A DNA stretch of 32,000 nt from Calothrix sp. PCC 7716 (GCA_019977735.1 AP025018.1:4746580-4778579); one strand, 5' to 3'; shown: positions 1-10,188, counted from the first letter of the stretch. The notes: generated by a model not told the origin, from the sequence alone. Numbers and translations: made by a program.

Positions 1-41
1 AAAGACCCAAAAATCAACTTCTTCATAAAAAAAATCTCGAT

Positions 42-800
42 TTAATAAACATGTGGACGCACTGCAATAACGCGCGCATTAGGAAAAGAACGTCGAATAT
101 TTCTTTGCCTTACAGGTTCGGAACGAGTACTTCTATCAATAAACTCGCCATTACCCACATAAATACCAACGTGAGTAATAGCTCCAGTTGGGAAACTGCC
201 ATAAGTATTGGTCAAACCAATCAAGTCACCAGGTAAGAATTGACTTTGGTCGGTCATCACCTTACCAATATCACTGCCAAAGAACGAGCGCGCCATTAAT
301 TCGCCGTTGTTAGGTTGCTTACCTGCATCCCAAGGTTGATTTGTAACTCCTACACCTTCAACAAAAGCTTCAGCAAGAATGTTACGTACAAAATCAGCAC
401 ATCGCTCTCCTTTACCTGGCTTGAAATCACGACCTATCCACGCGCGCGCACGCTTTAACACTTGAACAGCTACCGGGGATATTGTAGAGGCGCCTTTCTG
501 TGATAATGTACCCACCATCGATTGAAGCTTGTGTACTATTGTTAATGAATCAAGCCAACCTGATGCTGGAGACACCATCATTACAACCAATACAACAGAC
601 GCAATTGCATATTTCCAATTACCAAAACTTTTAGAAGCATCATCTGTACTTAGTTGATTAACAGAAGCTTGAGGTCGATGCTTACTACTTTCACCAATTT
701 CAAAAATTATTCTCATTACGAGGGGGATTTCGCTTACAGCCAATTGCTTGAATGCGCGCGAGTCTCTCAAAATCATTTGTCGGTGCAGGACAGGCTGCAT
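42..800 (-). CDS. NlpC/P60 (or CHAP)-like cell-wall hydrolase with N-terminal membrane anchor
   Basis: 252-aa ORF; N-terminal hydrophobic segment (YAIASVVLVVMMVSPASG), then CADFVRNIL... and ITHVGIYVGNGEFIDRS, typical of the Cys and His motifs of NlpC/P60-type amidases. Confidence 0.75.
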   Translation of the reverse strand: MQPVLHRQMILRDSRAFKQLAVSEIPLVMRIIFEIGESSKHRPQASVNQLSTDDASKSFGNWKYAIASVVLVVMMVSPASGWLDSLTIVHKLQSMVGTLSQKGASTISPVAVQVLKRARAWIGRDFKPGKGERCADFVRNILAEAFVEGVGVTNQPWDAGKQPNNGELMARSFFGSDIGKVMTDQSQFLPGDLIGLTNTYGSFPTGAITHVGIYVGNGEFIDRSTRSEPVRQRNIRRSFPNARVIAVRPHVY

Positions 801-999
801 TTATATATTCATCGTTATTATTCTTGGGAGCGGACTTAATGGCATTTGCTTTCGGGCTATTTACAACTTTAGACTTCATCACAACTGCTGCAACATTAGA
901 TAAAACACTCCTTGCATCGTAAAATCTCATATATCCAGGTTGCAGGATATCCAAAATCCAAAGCACAAACAAACACCAAAATATAATCCGGCTCCACAC
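700..999 (-). CDS. Small hypothetical protein, one predicted N-terminal TM segment
   Basis: 99-aa ORF overlapping the downstream hydrolase gene; same strand as a compact operon; IIFWCLFVLWILDIL hydrophobic segment. Confidence 0.6.
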   Translation of the reverse strand: MWSRIIFWCLFVLWILDILQPGYMRFYDARSVLSNVAAVVMKSKVVNSPKANAIKSAPKNNNDEYINAACPAPTNDFERLARIQAIGCKRNPPRNENNF

Positions 1000-1009
1000 T
1001 ACACTGCTC

Positions 1010-1531
1010 CTAATTCAATCGACGTACTACTGGCACTGCCAGCGAAGGTAAGTTATCGGGAATAACTTTGATTTCTTTACCCGCAGCATAACCAGGTCCT
1101 GTGATTTGCGAATTAAGCACAAACCCAATTGCGCTTAGTACTAAAAACGCAGCAGTACAACATACCCCAACGGGTGAACCAAGAATATTGCCACACCATG
1201 TAACTGGATGCCAGAAATAACGCCACGGGTTTTGGGGGTGAAACCTATGTGCTTTGTAAGTTTCTACGTAATCGATTTCAATTTCTGGTACACGGCGCCT
1301 TGACAAGCGGTCTTGCATACGGACACTTGGCGCCTGTTGAGATATTTGAGAGGGATATATTATTGGTATTGGCTGTGATACAGTTTGCGCTGTTGTATTA
1401 ATAACACCACCATTTTGCTGCATAGCGGAATTTAGCATGTTAGCTAGGTTATTCATTGGAACCAAATTCCCACCTCCTGAAAAATCTACATCTAAATCAC
1501 GAGTTTTATTTGCACCACCACGATTTGACAT
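1010..1531 (-). CDS. Hypothetical membrane protein
   Basis: 173-aa ORF with hydrophobic stretch GVCCTAAFLVLSAIGFVLN; positioned 9-11 bp from its neighbours. Confidence 0.65.
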   Translation of the reverse strand: MSNRGGANKTRDLDVDFSGGGNLVPMNNLANMLNSAMQQNGGVINTTAQTVSQPIPIIYPSQISQQAPSVRMQDRLSRRRVPEIEIDYVETYKAHRFHPQNPWRYFWHPVTWCGNILGSPVGVCCTAAFLVLSAIGFVLNSQITGPGYAAGKEIKVIPDNLPSLAVPVVRRLN

Positions 1532-1540
1532 TTAATACTC

Positions 1541-2056
1541 CTAATCGCTCCAAAAATCCTCTGAGTCTATAGCTTTTCTAAATTCATCCGGCGCCAATTT
1601 GTTTGCTGGCACTACAACATTTGTATTTGTATTATGTGGTATTACACCGTCAGCAGTTGGATGCACTAATCGCAGATGGGGATGTTTGATTAAATTTGAT
1701 TGCGGTTCTAACTGCTGACTCGAAGGGTTAATATTCTCAGGTTGTATTTTGAGGTGGTCCTCGGACTCTTGCCCCAAACCAGACTCCACGTAAATACTTG
1801 AGTTGTATCCCTTTAATCCTAGGTACAGAAAGTATATAAAACCTCCAAAAAATACAACACCACATAACAAATGCAAATTCTTTCCCGGTGACGAAATTGC
1901 TACAATTCCTGTTCGACTACTTTCTTGGTAGTTAGTCTCTACTAAATCCTGCTTAAACGAGTAGATAACATTGAAAATGCTTAATCCTAAGCAAGCGACA
2001 CTAACCACAAAACTAATTAAGTAAGTACCCTTTTTACTTCTTGCCTCCATTTCCAT
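1541..2056 (-). CDS. Hypothetical membrane protein, two predicted TM segments
   Basis: 171-aa ORF; TYLISFVVSVACLGLSIFNVIYSF and LHLLCGVVFFGGFIYFLYLGL; overlaps the upstream gene. Confidence 0.65.
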   Translation of the reverse strand: MEMEARSKKGTYLISFVVSVACLGLSIFNVIYSFKQDLVETNYQESSRTGIVAISSPGKNLHLLCGVVFFGGFIYFLYLGLKGYNSSIYVESGLGQESEDHLKIQPENINPSSQQLEPQSNLIKHPHLRLVHPTADGVIPHNTNTNVVVPANKLAPDEFRKAIDSEDFWSD

Positions 2057-2963
2057 CCCCCTTCGGGTTCATCAGTTTGGCGGGACGGAGACCGACACCG
2101 CCAACTGATTCACCACCTTTGATTACTGGTTTTGGCTCCGGCGCCCCCTTTCGATATAATTCCTTTAACTGCTGGCGCCGTAATTGCTCTAATAATTGCA
2201 ATTCTTCAACCGCTTTGTTGACATCGCTCATTTGTTTGAGGGGGTCAGAATACCCTTGCGCTCTCAATAATTGTTTTTGGCTATCAACGTATGGCTTGTA
2301 TCCACGCTGAATCTCAGTTAGCATTCGCGTAAAATCAACACTCGGTTGACTTTCAAGATTATGCGCCAAATCAATCGCTTCGAGTTTACCCAGCAGTAGA
2401 TACGCAACCGCACTCGCTGGTAATTTTTGCTTTACTTCTGTACCCTCCGTGTCTGTGTAAGACAAATAAAACTCGTTATTTCCGCCTGACACTTCGCCAA
2501 AAGTATCGAGAGTTCGTATCCTCTCAACCTCTAAACCAGGTGTCATATGCATCCGGTAAAATGGATTGCCCTGTTGGTTTCGATTCCGCTCCGATTCGAT
2601 GTAGGCTTTTATGTCTTGCGACCAACGTGCTGCTGCTAACTGGCGCCAACCTACCATTGATGTTCCATCGGGATTATTTAGCCGCAAATTTGTTGAATAG
2701 TCAGTTCGGGATAATTTCTCAAGTACTGCTTCGCGCGCTACTTGTAATTGTTGTTTAGCTGCAACTACTTCAGACCTGTCCTCATTCCCATTCACAGCGT
2801 TTACATCAACTCGTTGCTTCGATGCTGCAATCAACGAAATTGTCACCAAAACTAAGAATCCGCCTATGCCCAACAATAAAAGTAAGGTATTTTGGGGTAT
2901 TGGTTTTCGCTGCTTACTTCCATCAACAACCCCATAACGTTGTTTTGGTGAAGGATGTTGCAT
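2034..2963 (-). CDS. Bitopic membrane protein, possible secretion/conjugation apparatus component
   Basis: 309-aa ORF; Gln/Leu-rich with single N-terminal TM (NTLLLLLGIGGFLVLVTISLIAA); overlaps both neighbours. Confidence 0.65.
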   Translation of the reverse strand: MQHPSPKQRYGVVDGSKQRKPIPQNTLLLLLGIGGFLVLVTISLIAASKQRVDVNAVNGNEDRSEVVAAKQQLQVAREAVLEKLSRTDYSTNLRLNNPDGTSMVGWRQLAAARWSQDIKAYIESERNRNQQGNPFYRMHMTPGLEVERIRTLDTFGEVSGGNNEFYLSYTDTEGTEVKQKLPASAVAYLLLGKLEAIDLAHNLESQPSVDFTRMLTEIQRGYKPYVDSQKQLLRAQGYSDPLKQMSDVNKAVEELQLLEQLRRQQLKELYRKGAPEPKPVIKGGESVGGVGLRPAKLMNPKGDGNGGKK

Positions 2964-3184
2964 TAATTAACACCCCCATCTATCACCACAAAACAACGTT
3001 TCGGCTGTTCAATCGTGCGTAATATTGCTACGGTGGCGCCACCTATTAACACTCCAGCTACTATCAACAGCGGGTTGAATGCAAGCGAGGCGCCCACACC
3101 AGTCAACGTTCCTACAACAGAGGAAATAGTTACATTCAAACCTAACCCAGCCAAACCGTTGACTAAAAAATTAATTGCTCCCAT
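2963..3184 (-). CDS. Small hydrophobic protein (two TM segments)
   Basis: 73-aa ORF, Gly/Ala-rich hydrophobic; 1-nt overlap with the downstream gene. Confidence 0.6.
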   Translation of the reverse strand: MGAINFLVNGLAGLGLNVTISSVVGTLTGVGASLAFNPLLIVAGVLIGGATVAILRTIEQPKRCFVVIDGGVN

Positions 3185-3437
3185 CTTTCAGTTCCCTGGT
3201 TTTATTTAATACAACGCCTATACCAATCAAAAAACCAATCATAGTACCCCAAAACCCACCATTTAATATTGGTTCTGGCTTGACTTCTACTTTTTGAGAG
3301 TTTGGCGGTTGGCTAACATACCACCCAACCAAAAGTCCAGAAAAAGTAGAAAATCCCATAATTATCAATGCCGTGAATGAAGCATTTCCTAAACTAGTGA
3401 GCGTGCGGTTACGAAAATCAATCGCGATGGGTATCAT
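3171..3437 (-). CDS. Small membrane protein (two TM segments)
   Basis: 88-aa ORF; ALIIMGFSTFSGLLVGWYV and GTMIGFLIGIGVVLN; 4-nt (ATGA-type) overlap with the upstream gene. Confidence 0.6.
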   Translation of the reverse strand: MIPIAIDFRNRTLTSLGNASFTALIIMGFSTFSGLLVGWYVSQPPNSQKVEVKPEPILNGGFWGTMIGFLIGIGVVLNKTRELKDGSN

Positions 3438-4063
3438 TTTGCTGGTGAGTTCTTCGCTGATGTGGAAGTCCTCGGATTGGATGACTTCAATTGTTTTTGC
3501 GGTTGTGTCGATGCACCCAGAAGCATTGGGTGTTCCCCTTCCCCCCAGTGGATATTCTCGAAAAAATTTACATCAATAGCTTGTAGTGCCCTTTCCTGTG
3601 CGGCGCCGAATTCAGCCGCATTTTTTGTACATCCCGATGACGAACTACCATTAGTTAAGCGGTCGCGTAACACATGTGTGGAAGCTTCAATAATTGACAT
3701 GAAACGTGTATCACCTAATTGATACGCAACTGGCATGTCATTGTACAAAATCCCTACAAAGCTATCTTTAGCTTCATTCTCAGGGTCTTTGCCAAATCTT
3801 TGTTTGATGTAAGAGCGCGCGTCAAATTGGTAGCCATCAGCAGAAACTTTTTTTGCTTGCTGCTGCATCTCTAGTACATGATTAGCAGCGACCAAAAAAG
3901 AAATATTACCTTCAGATGAAACATCTTTGATTTTCTTCAAAAATTCAACAGTTTCTAATGATAACTGGTCGCCATTTACATCCAATGTAAACATTTCACA
4001 TACAGCCAAAATCTCATCACGCTGCACTTTCAACTGTGAAACCACTTGATTGATATGCTGCAT
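3434..4063 (-). CDS. Hypothetical protein of the compact operon
   Basis: 209-aa ORF, soluble/charged, overlapping neighbours at both ends. Confidence 0.6.
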   Translation of the reverse strand: MQHINQVVSQLKVQRDEILAVCEMFTLDVNGDQLSLETVEFLKKIKDVSSEGNISFLVAANHVLEMQQQAKKVSADGYQFDARSYIKQRFGKDPENEAKDSFVGILYNDMPVAYQLGDTRFMSIIEASTHVLRDRLTNGSSSSGCTKNAAEFGAAQERALQAIDVNFFENIHWGEGEHPMLLGASTQPQKQLKSSNPRTSTSAKNSPAK

Positions 4064-4412
4064 CGTTCTCTAATCTCCTCAATACTTCACTTACAACTTC
4101 ATCTTCTTGATCGACATACTTCGGGTCTGATAAAAAATCCCTAAGTGGTATCTTGTGGTAACTTAGTATGTACTCTGGCAATCCTCCTATCGGCAATACG
4201 TTTCTCTCGTATTCTTTAAAAGTCAGTTTACAAAAGCGTGTCGCCACATAAAAATAATCCAATCTCTCAATATCAATTTCTTTAAAATACCCTCCCTTTT
4301 TCATTGGTGGTATAACACCCGCAGGTGAATACCACGCCTTCATCGCTGTTGTTGTCACTCCATAACGCTCAGATAAAGTTGTGCGCGTATGAAGTAGCTT
4401 AATACACACCAT
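4017..4412 (-). CDS. Small helix-turn-helix (MerR/excisionase-like) protein
   Basis: 131-aa ORF; TLSERYGVTTTAMKAWYSPAGVIPPMKKGGYFKEIDIERLDYF resembles a winged HTH of the MerR/excisionase type; first gene of the operon. Confidence 0.5.
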   Translation of the reverse strand: MVCIKLLHTRTTLSERYGVTTTAMKAWYSPAGVIPPMKKGGYFKEIDIERLDYFYVATRFCKLTFKEYERNVLPIGGLPEYILSYHKIPLRDFLSDPKYVDQEDEVVSEVLRRLENDAAYQSSGFTVESAA

Positions 4413-4996
4413 TTTTCATGTAAACTCGCACGTGTGTTTATTCATGCTTCAAAAAAAATTATTTAATACGCAGGGTTTCGTTATCTACAACGGAACCACT
4501 AACTACAAGTAAGTTGATTTGAAGCTTCGACTCAATAGTTCGTTTCTTGACTATTCATGAGTATCATACACATCCTTTTCTAGCAATACAATACTTTATG
4601 TATAGTAAATCATGAAAAATTATCTAGTATAAATAATTAACAGAATTACGCTATTAAAGATTTTTTGTATATATGAGTGTAATTTATTAAATATTCGATT
4701 ATATATACAATAATGACGCTTACAATATTGGTTAGCGCCCATATCATCTTGTTTTATTTTTAAAATATTTTTTGAACAATCGGCTCTAAGTCACAATTTC
4801 TAGATACTTTTAAGAGCTTAAGGAAAGAGTACGTAGCACTATGTGTAGCGTTAACATCTAACCGTGCAACCAATCAACGTCTACACGCTCAGTTAGAGGC
4901 ACCTGTAAATAAATGTTGTATAGATTGTTACTTTGTTTTTAATGTAAACATTAGTAATAGCATGGTAAATTAATTAGGTGGAGTAGCAAAAAGCTG

Positions 4997-5033
4997 CGCG
5001 AGCAAAAAGTTTCTGCACTTTGCTTTGCTCGCG
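4997..5033. repeat. Strong stem-loop (CGCGAGCAAA ... TTTGCTCGCG)
   Basis: Perfect 10-bp inverted repeat 4997-5006 / 5024-5033, extendable outward with G.U/T.A pairs, in a ~840 bp intergenic region. Confidence 0.75.
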
Positions 5034-5255
5034 TAGTCAAAGATATAAATTAGATACACTTAAAAATATTTATGTAAAAAATAATACTATTATAGGCACG
5101 TACTTATATTGCTCAACCTACCAACGACTTATCTATGGCTTACTGCTTTTTATTTTGTATTTATCTATTACACATAGGCACCTTATAAAACTTGTATATT
5201 ATTCAATCCTGAATTATAACGGATTTACTAACTATACTTAGTATTTATTACCTGC

Positions 5256-5642
5256 ATGGTAGAACCGTTTTCATTACCCCCTGGATATAAGATTCAAAAA
5301 TTCTCACAAACTTTTTTAGATTCTTTGTTATATGCTACTACCCGTGGTATGGCAGAAATATATATTGCTGAATACCGTGGTGAAGAAGTGGGTCGAATTG
5401 TTTTTGTTAATACAGGCGCCAAGTATTTAATCTATGTATTAAATGTTAGTCCTGAACATAGACGTAAGGGAATTGGCTCATGTCTTGTTCAAACAGTTGT
5501 ACGTCTTGCAGACAAACCAATTTATTTATCTACGTATAGTGCTAAAAACTTTTATACTCGTCTTGGTTTCACGGTAGAACACGAACAAGAAATATTTGGG
5601 TTTGTTTACGGTTATGTAATGGTGCTGCGACCACCTGCTTAA
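5256..5642 (+). CDS. GNAT-family N-acetyltransferase
   Basis: 128-aa ORF; VLNVSPEHRRKGIGSCLVQTVVRLA...NFYTRLGF matches the GNAT acetyl-CoA binding motif. Confidence 0.85.
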   Translation: MVEPFSLPPGYKIQKFSQTFLDSLLYATTRGMAEIYIAEYRGEEVGRIVFVNTGAKYLIYVLNVSPEHRRKGIGSCLVQTVVRLADKPIYLSTYSAKNFYTRLGFTVEHEQEIFGFVYGYVMVLRPPA

Positions 5643-6008
5643 ACAAACTTTTAGGCACCTACCGATGCGTTAACTTCTGTTTTACTCTTCATTATTTCAG
5701 TTTACCCTCGCAAATAGCAAAGGCTGAAACTAGCGGGGGGGTAATAACTGATAATCATTTTTATAGATGTATATTATCAAGCAATTAACTTGCTTCTAAG
5801 ATAATTTACTTGGGTCTAAATTATTCATACGATACCGAAGTCGGCGCCTGTAGTAGCGTGTTGTTAGATTAATCGGGCGCCTAATACAATATTATTTTCT
5901 TGGTCTTTTTCTTTTGCCATGCACGTTTTTCACTTTTGCCTTGTTGCACTAGTCCGTTAGAACCACTGCCAGAAATCCAGTTATAATACAGATGTCAATC
6001 CCGATTCT

Positions 6009-6983
6009 GTGTCTACTATGGCATTCTCCCAGCCAGACCGATATATTAGCTTACTAACAGATTTTGGCTTCAAGCGTGTTTTTGGGTCGGAGCCAAATAA
6101 ACGCTTGCTTATAGATTTTCTCAACACGCTGCTACCGGACTATCATCAAATTCGGGATGTGACGTTTAAAAATTTAGAGAACCTGGGCGGTACAATATTG
6201 GATCGTAAAGCAATTTTTGATGTGTACTGTGAGGCAGAAAATGGAGACCGCTTTATTGTAGAACTCCAGAAAGTCAAGCAAAACTTTTTCAAAGACCGTA
6301 GTGTGTACTATGCGAGTTTTCCGATTCAAGAGCAAGCAGAGAAGGGAGAATGGAACTATGAATTAGCTCCTGTTTACCTGGTAGGATTGCTTGATTTTAT
6401 CTTTGATGACCATAAAAATGACCCGACATTTTTGCATGTTGTCGAGCTAAAAGACCAGGAATGTCGCGTTTTTTATGACAAGTTAAAGTTTATCTACATC
6501 GAGTTACCGAAGTTTAGCAAGACATTAGAGCAGTTGGAGACACATTTTGACAAGTGGCTATTTCTGTTTCGCCACCTACCCGAGTTATATGAACCACCAC
6601 CACCGTTGCAGGAGGAAGTGTTTGAGGAAGTGTTTGAGATAGCGGAGATTGCTAACTTTTCTCGTGATGAATACCGTAGTTATCAAGCGAGTTTAAAGGT
6701 TTACCGGGATTGGTATGCCATAGAAATGACTGGTCGGCAGGAAGCAAGACAGCAAGGACTAGAAGAAGGACGAGAAGAAGGACGCTCAGAAGGACGAGAA
6801 GAGGAAGCTAGAGCGCTTGTGAGGCGCCTTTTAACCCGCCGACTAAAACAAGAATTGTCCGAAGAGATACATAATCGTCTTTCCACGCTGCCGCTCTCAG
6901 TACTCGAAGACCTTAGCGAGGCTTTATTAGACTTCGCAACCTTGGCTGATTTAAACGATTGGTTGGCAAAACTCCATTCTTGA
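6009..6983 (+). CDS. Rpn family recombination-promoting nuclease / putative PD-(D/E)XK transposase-like protein
   Basis: 324-aa ORF; DRYISLLTDFGFKRVFGSEPNKRLLIDFLNTLL, FDVYCEAENGDRFIVELQ, and C-terminal GREEGRSEGREEEARALVRRLL typical of the family. GTG start at 6009, or ATG at 6018. Confidence 0.85.
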   Translation: MSTMAFSQPDRYISLLTDFGFKRVFGSEPNKRLLIDFLNTLLPDYHQIRDVTFKNLENLGGTILDRKAIFDVYCEAENGDRFIVELQKVKQNFFKDRSVYYASFPIQEQAEKGEWNYELAPVYLVGLLDFIFDDHKNDPTFLHVVELKDQECRVFYDKLKFIYIELPKFSKTLEQLETHFDKWLFLFRHLPELYEPPPPLQEEVFEEVFEIAEIANFSRDEYRSYQASLKVYRDWYAIEMTGRQEARQQGLEEGREEGRSEGREEEARALVRRLLTRRLKQELSEEIHNRLSTLPLSVLEDLSEALLDFATLADLNDWLAKLHS

Positions 6984-7356
6984 CGTTATTATTAGACACC
7001 TAGGAGTGCCAGATGCTAAAGTTGACAAAACATATTTTGACGTTTAACGCATTCGCTGCATACTCAAAATATACTGGCTCTGGGTTGAGCAACTTAATAT
7101 TGAATGCTCCTTTCGTTTTTCAAGCGGCTTGTTCCGCACCTAAAAATCCTTGTACCATAAGCTTTGTAGCTAATTAAGACAGTGTTTGTTCCGCACTTGC
7201 TCCCACTACCTTTGATAACTTTGTCCTCTACTTCAGCAAGCCTAGTCGTAGCGTGAATACTCAGTTTTTTAAATTTATATATTTATACGCTGACTTTTGA
7301 AGGAAGTGCCACAGTCAGAATAAGCGTATTTTAATTCACCTGATGTTGTGTATTGT

Positions 7357-8646
7357 TCACGAATCTGGTCTACTAAGCTTTTGAGGAATGGGCCGTTCAG
7401 CAGCCATCACAGCAACTACTTCACCATTTTCATCGCGTTCAAAATTGAACTTCTTAATCATCGCCATTTTTGCTGCTTCCAATCTAAGTTCTTGGCTGTG
7501 ACTTACCAGCCACTCGTTAAGTAGAGCTATCTGAGCTTCTGGCTGTTTATGGAGATAATTAAAACGGCGCCTTTCCTCCTCTAAATTCACTGATTTCTTT
7601 AACTGCGGTAGTTTTTTGATTTGTGCGGCGCCAGTAGCCTCAGCAAAAGACTGATGAGCGTCTGTTGGTGTGGCTGATTTGGTTGGGACTAAAACAGCGG
7701 CGCCACGTTCAACCAATGTTCTAATATTTGCCATCAGGACTTGTGTATTTTCCTGTGTAGCTTCGGGTTTGGCTACGAAACAACTAGGTAAGATAGCTTG
7801 CCCATTACTATTTTGAACTTGGTTACACGTCTGGGTCGCGGTTGTGATGTATTCCAGAAATTGGGGATATAAAGCTACCTCAGTTCGAGACGGATTGTTA
7901 TAAAACTCGCTATATGCACATCCGTAAGCATCTGCTTCCCAACGTCCGCCTTGAGGCTTGTATTTGGTGTCAGCCCACCAATTCAGGAAAACTGGGTAAG
8001 GGCGCCCAACCTCTATTTCCCAAACAAATTTTTCTCGATTTTCATTTTCTAAGCTTGTTCGCTTTTTCGGGTTTATCGAACCAGCCACGGGAATATTGCT
8101 CTCATGATTAACCTTGTGTTCATTGAAGATTTTGGGTGGGGTTTCTGAGTTGGAAGGGATTTCTGGCGCCTGCGGATTTGGGGTATTTGAAGGAATTGGG
8201 GGATTCTCTCTTGAACCCTCTAGAGAGTGAGGAGTTTTATCTGAAGTGGAATCTATGTTATGTGCTGCTCTTTTTGAACAATTTGAATTGTCTATCATGG
8301 GCGCCTCGATGTGTTCAAAATGAACAAAGGTTTCCAAAGCCTCTTTATTTAAGGTATACCAGTTGGCTTGGTAATAAGTTTTGGCTGCGAGTCTTTCAAC
8401 AGATATCAGCCCAAGTTGCTTAAGGTGACTTACTACTCTTCTAACAGTGCTAACAGATAAACAAAGTTCTTGAGACCATTGCTGATATGTTTTCCAAAAC
8501 CACTTAGTACCATCAACCACTTTGCCTCCTTTTACGCTCATCCAATAATGTGCTTGCTGTAGAAAGGTGGCTTCGTTACGCCCAATTTTGGCAGCCAGTT
8601 CGGTTGAGTAAAATAAATAATTCCCGTCAAAAAGAAGCCTGGTCAT
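7357..8646 (-). CDS. Winged-helix DNA-binding protein, candidate plasmid replication protein
   Basis: 429-aa ORF; KTYQQWSQELCLSVSTVRRVVSHLKQLGLISVERLA is a wHTH of the kind found in plasmid/phage replication proteins. Replication role is inference. Confidence 0.6.
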   Translation of the reverse strand: MTRLLFDGNYLFYSTELAAKIGRNEATFLQQAHYWMSVKGGKVVDGTKWFWKTYQQWSQELCLSVSTVRRVVSHLKQLGLISVERLAAKTYYQANWYTLNKEALETFVHFEHIEAPMIDNSNCSKRAAHNIDSTSDKTPHSLEGSRENPPIPSNTPNPQAPEIPSNSETPPKIFNEHKVNHESNIPVAGSINPKKRTSLENENREKFVWEIEVGRPYPVFLNWWADTKYKPQGGRWEADAYGCAYSEFYNNPSRTEVALYPQFLEYITTATQTCNQVQNSNGQAILPSCFVAKPEATQENTQVLMANIRTLVERGAAVLVPTKSATPTDAHQSFAEATGAAQIKKLPQLKKSVNLEEERRRFNYLHKQPEAQIALLNEWLVSHSQELRLEAAKMAMIKKFNFERDENGEVVAVMAAERPIPQKLSRPDS

Positions 8647-8830
8647 ATAACTATCTCCTTAAAAATTTAAAGATTGAATCGGCACACACGTGCAAACAAA
8701 TTGCCTGTAACCGCAACCATGACAATGATTGCTCGCGCTTGTTTAATGTTTTGAGTTAATAAATGATTGCTGTTTAAGAGGATGTTTGAAAAGTAATTTT
8801 TAATACACAGTAGTTATGCTAATCCCCCAA

Positions 8831-8883
8831 CCCCCCTTAATAAGGGTTGCTTGAATGTATGTTTTTCGCCTTATTAAGGGGGG
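8831..8883. repeat. 15-bp perfect inverted repeat CCCCCCTTAATAAGG ... CCTTATTAAGGGGGG
   Basis: 8831-8845 and 8869-8883, loop 23 nt, in the intergenic region upstream of the 429-aa gene. Confidence 0.8.
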
Positions 8884-9172
8884 ATTCTCCAAGACTATAG
8901 TTTAATTTTATACTTTACAAACAACCTCTAAGACTTTGATGATGCCCCTTTGTAAATATTTAACTTGATGTTGAGGCGCCACCTTAAATTATACAGACAG
9001 TGATTGAAATTTTGTTTCAAACAGCTAAATACTTGAAATATTCTGTTTTGACGCAGTTATTTCAACTACGCAATACAAAGGCGTAAACATTGGCGCATGT
9101 TACTAGACAATGACCAAGTTTACACCTTGATTTTAATCGCATCTACATAAACTAGCTTTTTTCACTACATTT

Positions 9173-9973
9173 TTATGCGTAGTAACTAGCGTAGTAAAGG
9201 CTGTCTTCGTTATTTATTGGCAGTTTTCCCAAACCAATCTTTTCTTGTTGAAACGTACTCAACTTGGCATCTAATGATTCATATTTTTGAGGGTGAGCTT
9301 TGAGCTGCGCTGCCTCATATAAGCGCTGAAGCCCTTCAATTGCATCTCGTGGGTACTGGTAACTTTGACCATCGCCACATTGCCAAGATTTTCCTTCCAA
9401 ATGAAATATGAGTCCGATTATTAAACCTTGATGCCGAACTTTGTAAGCAACTTGTGTTCGAGTGGCGCCTGCTGGTAGCAAGGTATATTTGTTTGCATCT
9501 GTCCTTACCTTCTGATCAGAGACTACATCCTTCTCAACAGTGCTGGAAGTTTGAGACGTGGTGCCATTATCAAGTTTCCAATCAGACGAGTGAAAATCAG
9601 CAGCCGAACATGTAAATTTGTGGGCGTACTCTTTGAGAAGGTTTACAGCTTCTTGTTTCGTATGCGCGATTGTCCAAATTCCCCCATGAACCCTCCAACT
9701 TTCGCCAACAGCAAAGTAAGGTTTTTCACACTCACCTACGTCACCAATATAATTACCTTGATAAAAAACTCGGTAGTGCTTCCCGTGAGGAATTAGCTGT
9801 GTTTCTTTAGGGCTTGTGTCAGTAACTCCTGAAGGCATGGCGCCAAGTATTACCAGTATCCAGTTTGCTTTAATGCGCCCGTCGCCTGGAGGTTTGACTT
9901 TTAACTCTTCAGCAATTACTTTAAGTTCTCCAAGAATTTTTTCTTGAAGTTGCACTTCGTTGTAGATTCGCAT
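9173..9973 (-). CDS. Hypothetical protein
   Basis: 266-aa ORF with even composition and sensible start; no family recognised. Confidence 0.65.
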   Translation of the reverse strand: MRIYNEVQLQEKILGELKVIAEELKVKPPGDGRIKANWILVILGAMPSGVTDTSPKETQLIPHGKHYRVFYQGNYIGDVGECEKPYFAVGESWRVHGGIWTIAHTKQEAVNLLKEYAHKFTCSAADFHSSDWKLDNGTTSQTSSTVEKDVVSDQKVRTDANKYTLLPAGATRTQVAYKVRHQGLIIGLIFHLEGKSWQCGDGQSYQYPRDAIEGLQRLYEAAQLKAHPQKYESLDAKLSTFQQEKIGLGKLPINNEDSLYYASYYA

Positions 9974-10060
9974 TTTGTTAGAATCCTAATTGTATAATGT
10001 TTGTTCCTCAGTCGCTTAAGTGCCTGGGGTTTTTTGTTATCTGTATTTAATGTAGCTTTG

Positions 10061-10082
10061 TGTCCAGACATGTGTCAAGACA
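10061..10082. promoter_or_regulatory. Tandem operator-like dyads TGTCCAGACA and TGTCAAGACA upstream of the 96-aa gene
   Basis: Dyads TGTC-NN-GACA at 10061-10070 and 10073-10082; a third, TGTCTAGACA, lies at 10569-10578. Confidence 0.5.
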
Positions 10083-10188
10083 CTGGCTATGAAAACCGCT
10101 AAGTCCCATATTCACATAGCTAATGTGTTTCTAGCCACTATCTAGCCCATGATTTATATTGGTGTTAGGTAATTGAGGTAATAAATCA

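Noticed and set aside
51-3722. Plus-strand ORFs inside the 42-4412 operon (51, 654, 2041, 2540, 2822, 3015, 3373, 3462)
   Set aside because: Antisense to a continuous, overlapping set of plausible minus-strand genes; biased, low-complexity or Cys/Leu-rich translations typical of shadow ORFs.
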